From the IMG/VR virus record IMGVR_UViG_3300027631_002940: a stretch of DNA of 64,000 nucleotides. One strand, written 5' to 3'. The stretch is from an uncultured virus (IMG/VR IMGVR_UViG_3300027631_002940) (Duplodnaviria; Heunggongvirae; Uroviricota; Caudoviricetes). The notes beneath the pieces are model-generated. The model was not told the DNA's origin. It saw nothing but the letters and a program-made list of their open reading frames with translations, and made no database searches. The translations under genes and the position numbers were made by a program. Of the stretch, positions 31,601-40,100 are shown piece by piece (position 1 is the first letter of the stretch; every line of letters starts with the position of its first letter).

Positions 31601-33086
31601 TGTAGTTGCTATTTGTGTTTTGATTTGTAAACAACCAAGTTATGTCATTACTATACTTAAAAGCATCAATCATCCAAGAACCAACTGCAGAATAGTAATA
31701 AGCACTATATAAAGCTTGATTACTCATTGTGGATAGATAATTTTTTGATCTACTTGTTTTATCAGTATAGAGTTTAATATATTTGCCTAAATTGAGTTTA
31801 TTAGGGTGATATCCTGTTGAGTTAAAACTTTTAGGTTCTTCGTTTAATGTTGTTTGTCCTATATCGTCAAAATGATTAGCATCTCTCAATACATATAGTA
31901 ACTGATATTTATTGTCTACATATTTATAAATTTTGTAATATGTTGCAAAATCATACATATCCCATGTCAATCTAACAAAATTACTAGATGATAAGGTTAT
32001 ATTTCCATTAGAAACAGTTATTGTATTTGATGGTAAAGATTCTCCATCATCATTACAGGAAGATATTTTATATAAATATTGAGTACTGCCTGTTGTGCCA
32101 AAGACTTCACTTGTAATATTACTAGGTGATAGTATTGGAATATAATTAGTTGTCTTGATATTCGCATCAAAATCAATTCTAGAAGATAGTTTTGGTTCTA
32201 ATAAATTATTTAAATTCAGTTTACTATTACCAAAATTTTCTGCTGATGAAATTGAAGGTGAAGAAATAGTAATTCTACCGGGAAAAATATGGCTTCCTAA
32301 TGATTCAGCTGATGTGATACTTGGAACTTTTATTTGATTTCTTAAGGATACATAATATTTATAAGCTGGAGGAGATTCGATTAATTGGTAAGGATTTTCA
32401 TGTAAGGATTTAATTTCAGAATCAGTTAATACTTTATTAAAAATCATTACATAATCAATATAACCTTTAAAAGTTCTTGAACTAGGATCAGAGTTGTACC
32501 ATCTCTTACCTATAGTTAACGGATATGCATTAGGCGTGACATTAAATTGAAAATTTCCACTTTGCCATAATGTTCTTAAATTGCCATCATAAGCCATTCG
32601 CATTATAGCACTAGATGATGTTTTTTGGTATGTATTAGTAAATGTGTACCATATATTATTGTAATAGTTAATGTTAGTAGCAGCATATGGATAACCAACA
32701 TCAAACCATGACTGTGTGTTTATATACCAGAATGCTAATTCTTCATCTGTATCACTAACACCCTTGCCTAAAACATCATTCCACCTAGATTGAATGTCTA
32801 ATGAGTTTACTCTTACAAACATAGATACAGCATTTGGTGAGCTTAGGGTATTAGAATCAGGGACTTCAACATAATCATTAACTCCATCTAAGAATAATGC
32901 ATTATTAAGGAATGAAGCACCATTTTTGAGAACTCCATGATTCCCATTTCCACTCAAATCATAGGCAACATTTCCTCCTTGTTCATTAAATAGATAACAA
33001 GCCATTACATGTGTAGCTAATGGGTGATTTAAATTTAAAGTGGAGCCTAATGGTGGCTTATAATTATATTGTGAGTAATCTAACAT
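28602..33086 (-). CDS. Fibre/receptor-binding-like paralogue 4 (LamG + core with a C-proximal LamG/PA14 insert, 1494 aa)
   Basis: N-terminal LamG and core blocks; PA14-like YEFFGYLYV...LANDDEGRLYVG...YHPFRI before the final KRRFVF. Confidence 0.75.
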   Translation of the reverse strand: MLDYSQYNYKPPLGSTLNLNHPLATHVMACYLFNEQGGNVAYDLSGNGNHGVLKNGASFLNNALFLDGVNDYVEVPDSNTLSSPNAVSMFVRVNSLDIQSRWNDVLGKGVSDTDEELAFWYINTQSWFDVGYPYAATNINYYNNIWYTFTNTYQKTSSSAIMRMAYDGNLRTLWQSGNFQFNVTPNAYPLTIGKRWYNSDPSSRTFKGYIDYVMIFNKVLTDSEIKSLHENPYQLIESPPAYKYYVSLRNQIKVPSITSAESLGSHIFPGRITISSPSISSAENFGNSKLNLNNLLEPKLSSRIDFDANIKTTNYIPILSPSNITSEVFGTTGSTQYLYKISSCNDDGESLPSNTITVSNGNITLSSSNFVRLTWDMYDFATYYKIYKYVDNKYQLLYVLRDANHFDDIGQTTLNEEPKSFNSTGYHPNKLNLGKYIKLYTDKTSRSKNYLSTMSNQALYSAYYYSAVGSWMIDAFKYSNDITWLFTNQNTNSNYNTIGLYEHNTKTDDKYYKGRIYLPRPNNYFDDFFKVTVDRHNIGTISATGSTVTGTNTLWVTDQIAVGARIGFGSKDASLIKTWYQITAINSNTNITITEALQNNVPANTPYVIEEIRFIQNLVQTNYVAANNGIFITKGINYNFFDLNNFTVPMATTVDNQRATYILSDAMTSTMYNSAFAFLGPKIDNQTQYMYTMISNISSNLRGSIYKFNIRAPLTGLSSGRSTSAYLFKTLEVDHSPLNVMGRDSRVGCFANVNHSTGKGVNSLYYHYDYRYLFRVPEYSIENGKSYIYERANVVTNMNDESIGLTSYMDMSYDPFTDKFGMGRYLSYRQGNKCEILEFSVTNRPSDGFIGFGGGYGLYRDSMDNTIRPNSYSTLRNQVRQYGVCVEGIYYRTDNNAIYPEIYCADYTLADKFKCFAITPIISCPDNIGFDKLFIEYDDYLGDLEQGITADTFKIYARNTGMVDDSGSWTLISDAKNLSSFTATDKIQFKIMFKTIGGSGIYARIHSLTVIYNRDTAIDFDFDTKNTISNSNTIYLNQNHMLNTGLPYTIDIYNNDTLYASQSSENVTYGKLETYMNLWTTGQISDKSSSKKIINSNNTFISSQKKNSANSVYFNNSYISTGNSRDYNFDTDFHIEFFYKPFSLSDFGGSSFRILSFGGAGRDSGWEIGKETNSSVDKLVFYIGNSSANTFIEICNLSELLNDWNRISVFRKNGEICTFLNGTRKNKVTNTTIFNNTTNTLNIGCGNISNVNSYMKGYLDNLFILKGYALNSIQTATSAPDGSSLVGFTRKTFGSYWGGNLSYFKTNAPTATTVVTNMNNSAVPEYTSYEFFGYLYVTTDQTVSISLANDDEGRLYVGSAALEENYSAANSLIYFASASSTPVVATYYATAGYHPFRILTGNSPGPGYCILAINGFNDVSNYIYTSQAIGVTDIYLLDTKIYTQWNNFRNNSYSKYCVLHLDFKDETNYTGVKRRFVFNTGVLDSLGKVKIKIR

Positions 33087-33511
33087 TATAGGTGAATAAC
33101 TAGTCTCTTAGTTCCTGAAGTAGTGAATAAAATATCGCCTAAAATCTGCCCTAAACCAGCATCAGTCCATGTAGCCCCACCGTCTACAGATCTTTCTAAA
33201 TATAAAATTACATTACCATTAGAAGATACTGGTGCTGTTACTGTTAACTCAACTTCAGCTCCGATATATGCATTAGCTAAATTATCAATAATGTTAGAAT
33301 ATAAATACCCAAGATTTCCCACTGATGTTGCTCCACCTAAAGGAACAAATGAAAGGTTTAATATTGTTGAGAAAGATGAATCAAAAATTATTTCACCCGC
33401 ACTACTAATCTTCCATGGTCTGATTCTAAGTACTACCCCACCCGCAGTACTAATTGTTTGACCAGTTCTATTTTCTACTGCAAATCTATATGTAGGTCCT
33501 AAAATACTCAT
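33086..33511 (-). CDS. Small fibre-associated protein, paralogue of 42618-43037
   Basis: MS.LGP..RF.V.N.TGQTI...G.V ... V.AP.S.NG.VILY.ERS.D.G.T..D.GLGQ....FTTSG.KR...HL is shared with 42618-43037. Confidence 0.75.
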   Translation of the reverse strand: MSILGPTYRFAVENRTGQTISTAGGVVLRIRPWKISSAGEIIFDSSFSTILNLSFVPLGGATSVGNLGYLYSNIIDNLANAYIGAEVELTVTAPVSSNGNVILYLERSVDGGATWTDAGLGQILGDILFTTSGTKRLVIHL

Positions 33512-36500
33512 TATTTAACCTCTAGCTCAACGTCATATTCTATATTTTTTTGTAAAGAAGTTGAAGGTACAAATCTTCTTCTTAATCCAATTTGGTTTGG
33601 ACCATAACCTTTTTGCCATCCCGCTGAGTAATATTCAAAATCTCCAGTAGAAGATCTATCTGAATTTTGTATTAAATACAATTTATTATTATTCTTATTG
33701 TAGTATTTAATAGTAAAAGAAGGAATGGTTTTATATAATTCATTTTGTACAAATCCTACAATTGCAGAAGATGTATTACTGTCAGATAAGTTCCATGAGA
33801 ATCCTTTGGAAATAGTTTCCTTATTATCATATTCTATACTAAATCCATAAATCTTTTTTGTTTTACAATAGTGCAAAAATAAAGATGATTCAATTCTTAC
33901 TTGTAATTTCCCATTATTTTGAATTCCACTTATATTTCCTAAAGAATCTATCAACGTCCATTTGCCTGAATCATCTTCAATTCCATTATTTCTTACATAT
34001 AATCTAATTGGTTCTGGGGAAAATGAATTTGTATTATCTCCATATAAAACATTAGTATTTAAATGTATTCTTTTAAGTAAAGTATTTCTATCTAAATAAA
34101 TAATTGGAGATATGCAATAGTTCTTGAATTTATCTGCAAATGTCCAGTGAGCAACATGTGGGAATGCAAAAATAGTATTAGCACTTCTGATACTATTTGA
34201 TCTTAATAGATATGACCAACCATTTAAACTTCTAATAAAATTTTCAGCACACTGTATTGCGTCTACTAAATCATCAGGTTTTGCTAATGGATTACTAATT
34301 CCCGAAAAACTAAACATATTAGTGTCAATAAATTTATCAATATTTCCTAATGTTGAAATATATCCTTTTAACAAATAAAGTGCAGAAGGTGGATAAATTA
34401 CTCTGTCTAATAAAGAATCATATCCAATATTATCTTGATAATTCCTACTTTGATATAATAATACATCTATGTTTGGTATCATGATTAGTAGTGGAGTACT
34501 GTGAGTAAATAATTCTATATTGTTTGCATATATATCAGAATCTTTAATAACTGTCACTCCACTTGTAGATGTAAATATGATAATAGGAGTATCTTTATAA
34601 ATACCATGTCTAGGTGTACAGAATTCCCCATTCATTAAAGATCTATCACGGTTAATAATAGGTATCGTTCCACCACATGTTAACACTAATGAATCTACAA
34701 ATGTTGATACAGTAGAGTTTACACCTAATAAAGAAAAGTCAAAAGTTCTAGCAATACCCGGACCTGAATATTCTAGAAAAATTCCACCACCATAACCATT
34801 ATCACCACATATTAATCTTAAGAATATAGGCCCAGCAGATAAAGTAATGCTTGCACTTACTTCATAAAATCCATGACTACCAGGTTCTGATAAAAAGGCA
34901 TTAGCAGTAGTAAATCCACTCTCTGCATTTGCTCCGATCCAAAAATAACTAGCGTCATCAGATCTTAAATAAAATGTATATGAACCTGGTGTTGTTATAT
35001 TTATATAACCATAATAATGATATGTCCATGCTGGTATAGATATATTTAAATTAATTGTATTAAAATTTCCACCATAAGTGGGGACATTACTATTTATAAA
35101 ATTTATATTATCAGCAAAATAACCAGAAAATTCGTACTTAACGAAACCAGGTAATGTTTGTGATGAAATAGTCATGGTTTGTCTAATGTTATATTTTTTA
35201 ATACCTATGACATTAGACGTTCCGATATAGTATACACAATAAACATATTGTGTATTGTAATCATCCATAGGCTTTAGCGGCATTGCAAAAATAGTACCAA
35301 CTATAGAAGGATTGGATAAATTGTAGATATTTGCGCCAATTGGGTCTGTTAATGTTGATAAGTATGTTTTGCCTAAGAAAAAATCATTTTCAGTAACACC
35401 TTTGACCAAATAGAGGTTTGTTGTTGTATGAAAAATAATTCTTACTTCTTCTATAACATAAGGTGTATTATTAGTTATATTTTCTGTAACTGTTTGTGAT
35501 AATGTTAAAGATGTGTCTGATGGTAAATCTGTAATGTAATACCATTTATCTACAAGATGTGGTTCTGTAGTACCAAAGCCTATTCTTGAATTTTTAGAAA
35601 AGTTAGATGTTCTCCAAGATGTATTAGTTCCAGTGACAGTTGTACCAGTGGCAGAAATAGTACCAGTAGAATATCTGGTAATAGCCATTTTGATATTTGT
35701 AATACCGTAGGATCCCGTTATACCAATATCCCCTACAAATGTCATTTTTCCTGTTGACTTAAAATGTTTATATAATGCAAATCTTCTTGGATTACCTGTA
35801 GATGGTCTATCTAAAACAATATAGTTGATATCATCTGACCAAGCAGCTACATCCATAATATAAGCATAAACATCTTGAGCTTGATAAATACTGTCATATT
35901 TAGGTCTAGCTATATCAAAATCTTTTAATTTGACATAATTATCTTCTTTATTAGCTCCTGTAAATAAAGAATAATATGTCCCTAATGATAATTTCTTGTA
36001 ATCGTATCCACCTGAAGCATTTGTTACAAGAGTTCCATTAGGGGTTATAGTTCCAGTGTCATCAAAATGGGTATAGATTGTAGTTGTTAATAATTGTTCA
36101 CTACCATTTATTCTTCCATATATTTTATAACTTGCGGCTCCATCAACCCAATTCCATTTGATTCTATTAAAATTATTTGATGATAAAGTTGAATTACCAG
36201 TAGTTGTTATTACTGCATCTGTGGCTATAGATTCACTAAATTCATCCACAGCTTTTATTCTGTATGAGTAAGATGTAGAACCAGAAGTGCCAAAATTTGT
36301 GATTGTTACATTTGATGGTTTATCTATTACAGTATATCTTGTATATTGTGTTGATTGATTGAATTCAAAATCTTTTACATATTTAACTATGCTTGATACA
36401 TTTTTATAAGGTGCTGGATTAAATGTACTTAATATTGGTAGTTTTTCTTCTGATGTAATACTTGAAGCTGATAAAGATCTGTTTTGTGAATAAGAATAAT

Positions 36501-37191
36501 AGTTTAAAGCTGCTGGAGGATTGATAAATTGATAAGGTTGTTCATATAGCGACAATACTTCTTCAGCAGATAAAGCACGATTGTATATTTGAATAAGACC
36601 TAGATTAAAGCTGGCATATACTGAGCTAGCTTTAGCAATACGAAGGTTAGGAAACGGATTTGAAAGTGTGGAATTATTTGAAGAGCCAAAATAAATTCCA
36701 TTTTTATAAGCCAAACTAACACCCGAACCATTATCTCTAATTAAGGTATAATTTATCCAAACTCCCAATGGCGGAACTTCATAAAAATCAGCAAAGTTTC
36801 CAGGGTTTGCTCTGAAATAAAACACACCGTTATATGTAAAAAAACTCCAGCTCCACGAGCCAGAACCATAAACGTCATTTCCTACATATACAAGAGGGCC
36901 ATTTTGTAAACTATTGAATTTAACCCAAATACTAACAGTATTTGCCTCTGGTGTGTATGAAGAAAAATCTACATAATCGTTAGTTCCGTCAAACTTAAGT
37001 GACCCCAAATTTTCAGGAGTTATTAAAACCCCATTTAATAAATTTCCATTATTATCTTTAGCCAAATCATAAATCTTATTTCCGGCTTGTTCATTAAATA
37101 GCCAGCATCCCACCAGTCCTTGAGAGAGAGGATGATTGAAATCTATTGTGGATCCTAAAGCAGGTTTGATTTGTGATTTATTATTAAACAT
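33511..37191 (-). CDS. Fibre/receptor-binding-like paralogue 3 (LamG + core with internal PA14, 1226 aa)
   Basis: N-terminal LamG; PA14 signature YYGYINITTPGSYTFYLRSDDASYFWIG...LEYSGPGI inside the core. Confidence 0.75.
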   Translation of the reverse strand: MFNNKSQIKPALGSTIDFNHPLSQGLVGCWLFNEQAGNKIYDLAKDNNGNLLNGVLITPENLGSLKFDGTNDYVDFSSYTPEANTVSIWVKFNSLQNGPLVYVGNDVYGSGSWSWSFFTYNGVFYFRANPGNFADFYEVPPLGVWINYTLIRDNGSGVSLAYKNGIYFGSSNNSTLSNPFPNLRIAKASSVYASFNLGLIQIYNRALSAEEVLSLYEQPYQFINPPAALNYYSYSQNRSLSASSITSEEKLPILSTFNPAPYKNVSSIVKYVKDFEFNQSTQYTRYTVIDKPSNVTITNFGTSGSTSYSYRIKAVDEFSESIATDAVITTTGNSTLSSNNFNRIKWNWVDGAASYKIYGRINGSEQLLTTTIYTHFDDTGTITPNGTLVTNASGGYDYKKLSLGTYYSLFTGANKEDNYVKLKDFDIARPKYDSIYQAQDVYAYIMDVAAWSDDINYIVLDRPSTGNPRRFALYKHFKSTGKMTFVGDIGITGSYGITNIKMAITRYSTGTISATGTTVTGTNTSWRTSNFSKNSRIGFGTTEPHLVDKWYYITDLPSDTSLTLSQTVTENITNNTPYVIEEVRIIFHTTTNLYLVKGVTENDFFLGKTYLSTLTDPIGANIYNLSNPSIVGTIFAMPLKPMDDYNTQYVYCVYYIGTSNVIGIKKYNIRQTMTISSQTLPGFVKYEFSGYFADNINFINSNVPTYGGNFNTINLNISIPAWTYHYYGYINITTPGSYTFYLRSDDASYFWIGANAESGFTTANAFLSEPGSHGFYEVSASITLSAGPIFLRLICGDNGYGGGIFLEYSGPGIARTFDFSLLGVNSTVSTFVDSLVLTCGGTIPIINRDRSLMNGEFCTPRHGIYKDTPIIIFTSTSGVTVIKDSDIYANNIELFTHSTPLLIMIPNIDVLLYQSRNYQDNIGYDSLLDRVIYPPSALYLLKGYISTLGNIDKFIDTNMFSFSGISNPLAKPDDLVDAIQCAENFIRSLNGWSYLLRSNSIRSANTIFAFPHVAHWTFADKFKNYCISPIIYLDRNTLLKRIHLNTNVLYGDNTNSFSPEPIRLYVRNNGIEDDSGKWTLIDSLGNISGIQNNGKLQVRIESSLFLHYCKTKKIYGFSIEYDNKETISKGFSWNLSDSNTSSAIVGFVQNELYKTIPSFTIKYYNKNNNKLYLIQNSDRSSTGDFEYYSAGWQKGYGPNQIGLRRRFVPSTSLQKNIEYDVELEVK

Positions 37192-37193
37192 AA

Positions 37194-40100
37194 CTAAAAA
37201 TTAAATTTATCTCTAAAGTAGTTTGACATTTCTAATACTTCTGCATCTGACATAGTTCTATTAACAACCATCATCGCATATATTCTTCCATCTGAAAATG
37301 GATATAAAGGATAGTTTGATGAATTCCCAATAGAGAAAAACCCAAATAATGTTTCCAATGTAGCATTAACTCTATTAGTTATAAAAAATTTCTGACCATC
37401 TTTGTACATTCTAAATCTTTCATATCCATAAATAGTAGAAGAGTTAGACGTATTACTGTAAGAAAAAGTCATTACTGTATTTTCATCATAATTTTCTACA
37501 TAAAATCTCGGTGCTGAGTATGTACTTTGCCAGTTATCAGAAGTATAATAATATCTACTATTACAGTTATAAGTTAATTCTGTACCTCTCCCATAATATC
37601 CATATACAGGAGTAGCAGATCCATGGTATAAAAGCATACAGTTGTCAGAAACACCATATTGATTAGGCACAGTTTGATTTCTGATAACAAAAAATATTGT
37701 AAAATCTTGATTATAAAATGGATATGATTTAGCCAGTGTATTTGCCGCTACTGGAGTAAAGAAATCATTTACAGAAAATGTTGTAAAATATCCAGCTTTA
37801 TTCCATTCAACATGTCCTTGAGATTGGAAATGATTACCATATCCACTTAAGTCATACCAAATATTTCCAGACTCAGGATAAGATTTCTTTTCTGAAGCAT
37901 CCAAATATAATACTACATTTTTTAATATAGCATAATCTATATTTGAAGAATATATTCTATTAGGTAAAGTATTAAAAGCTAATTTGGTATCTGACAATGC
38001 TTTCGTAACTTCTACTACTTCCACATCATCGTATATAGATTTAGAACCCAAAAATAATGTGTTTCTTGAAAAAGGTACATTATTTATAAAATTAGTACTT
38101 GTACCTGTTAAAGTTTTCCTATTAGTGTAAGGAGTATATACATAACCATATAAGTTTGAAGTAGATGTAATACCAGGCCCAGATACAGTAAATAAAGTTC
38201 TTCGATCTCCAGCACAAGAGTTCATAATACGTATACTATGATATTCTCCACCATTTAAATTTACAGAATAAGAAACTATTCCAGTGTTAGTGTATATATT
38301 TCTATTAATTTTAGTAAAACCAGAATCTGCAGTATTGCCTATCCACATATATCCAGTTGTCCAAGCTTGATATGTAAAAGTATATGAACCAGTTGTTGGC
38401 GCATAAAATTTCCCATAAAAATCAATTGTATATCCATTTATGCTAGCATGATAAGGTATATCAAAGTTGGTTACATGCTCATAATCTTTCATTAATTCAC
38501 CATTATTATGATCAAAATCTCTATTCTGATCATAAAAACGATAAAATCTTTCTCTCAAACCTGGCACATTAATATTTGAAGTACCAGGATCGATACTGAT
38601 TGTTCCTTCACTATAATAAATAGAGGACGGTAAAGTTTTTCTTACAAGCCCAGTAATTTCATTATCTAGTTTTAAATTAACATCACTATAGATACGAGAT
38701 ATTTCATTATTTGTAACTGATTTGCCGATAATTCTTACTTCATAAATTTTCCCATAAAAACCATAGTTCGAATAACCAGAATTTCCAATTTTAAAACTAC
38801 TAGAAGCTAAAGATAAAGTTGGTGAAATATTTTGTGTTTTATTTAATTTCCCATTTATATATAATGAATAATTTGTTCCTGTAAAGTTTATTATAATATT
38901 GTAAATATATCCAGGTTTAATATTTCCATCAGATATAATAACGCTTGAATTTCCAATCCAGAAGTTAACCTTATAATCACTTGAAATATATAAATGATAA
39001 AAATTATTACCTGTAGATCCATTATTTCTAGATAATAAACTCATATTACTAAAGCTAATGTTTTCATCAACCATAAAAGTAATACTCATACATAAACCAT
39101 TACTATAAAGCTTATTGAATAATGTTGATGTAGCGGTTATAGAAGAATTACCAGATAATACCCATGGTCTATCTATTCCTGTGCTTCTTGTCACATTATC
39201 TAGTATTAAAGTATTGTTATAATCAGATAGATCGTTATCATTAAATCTATCTAATCTTAATAAATCCCATTTTGCAGTATATATGTTATAAATTATTTTT
39301 GCTGTTGAATTAAAAGAATAAGTATTAACATATCTCATTCTCTTTTCAATAGCTTGAGAACCTAATCCATTGACCCATGCGTTATTATAGTATTGAAATT
39401 GTCCATATGTATTATCATCACTTCTTTGTGTGTAGATAGTATTACCAGATATTGCATCTTTAGCTTCAATTACTACTAAGGGTTCAGATTCATATAATAC
39501 ATAATTTTTTTTATATAATTCTTTTTGTTTAAATCCTACTACATTATATAAAGTATTAGAGTCAGACAAATTCCATTTAAATTCTGGGGAAATTATATTT
39601 TTTGTCTCATAAAATAAATCTAAATTATATATTTTACGAGGTATAGCAGAATGTGCCATCATAACAAATTCAAATCTAAATTGACATTTATCTGTAGCTT
39701 TAATATCTGATAAATCATGCATTCGATTTAAAGGTATCCAAATGCCTGTGTTGTCTTCTATACCTTCCGTTCTTATATATAAATTATATTCAGCTGGTAA
39801 TTTAGTAAATCTATCGTCACCTTCGCAAAAATTATCTGATAACATTATTTTAGATAATTTTCTAGCATTATATGTAGAAATGACAGGTGTTATTACAAAC
39901 GCATTATATTTTTTCGCAAACAATTCATCAGCTTTGTAACTTATAACTTGCAATGGATTGAATTGGTCTGTGCTTTCACGGGTAATAAATATTAATCCAT
40001 TTGCAATGTGTGTAAGAGGAGCTAAAGACCAGTTGTAATCGTATGCTACATCATATACTAACTTATTTTGAGGATATGAATAGTGAGCAGATAAATATCT

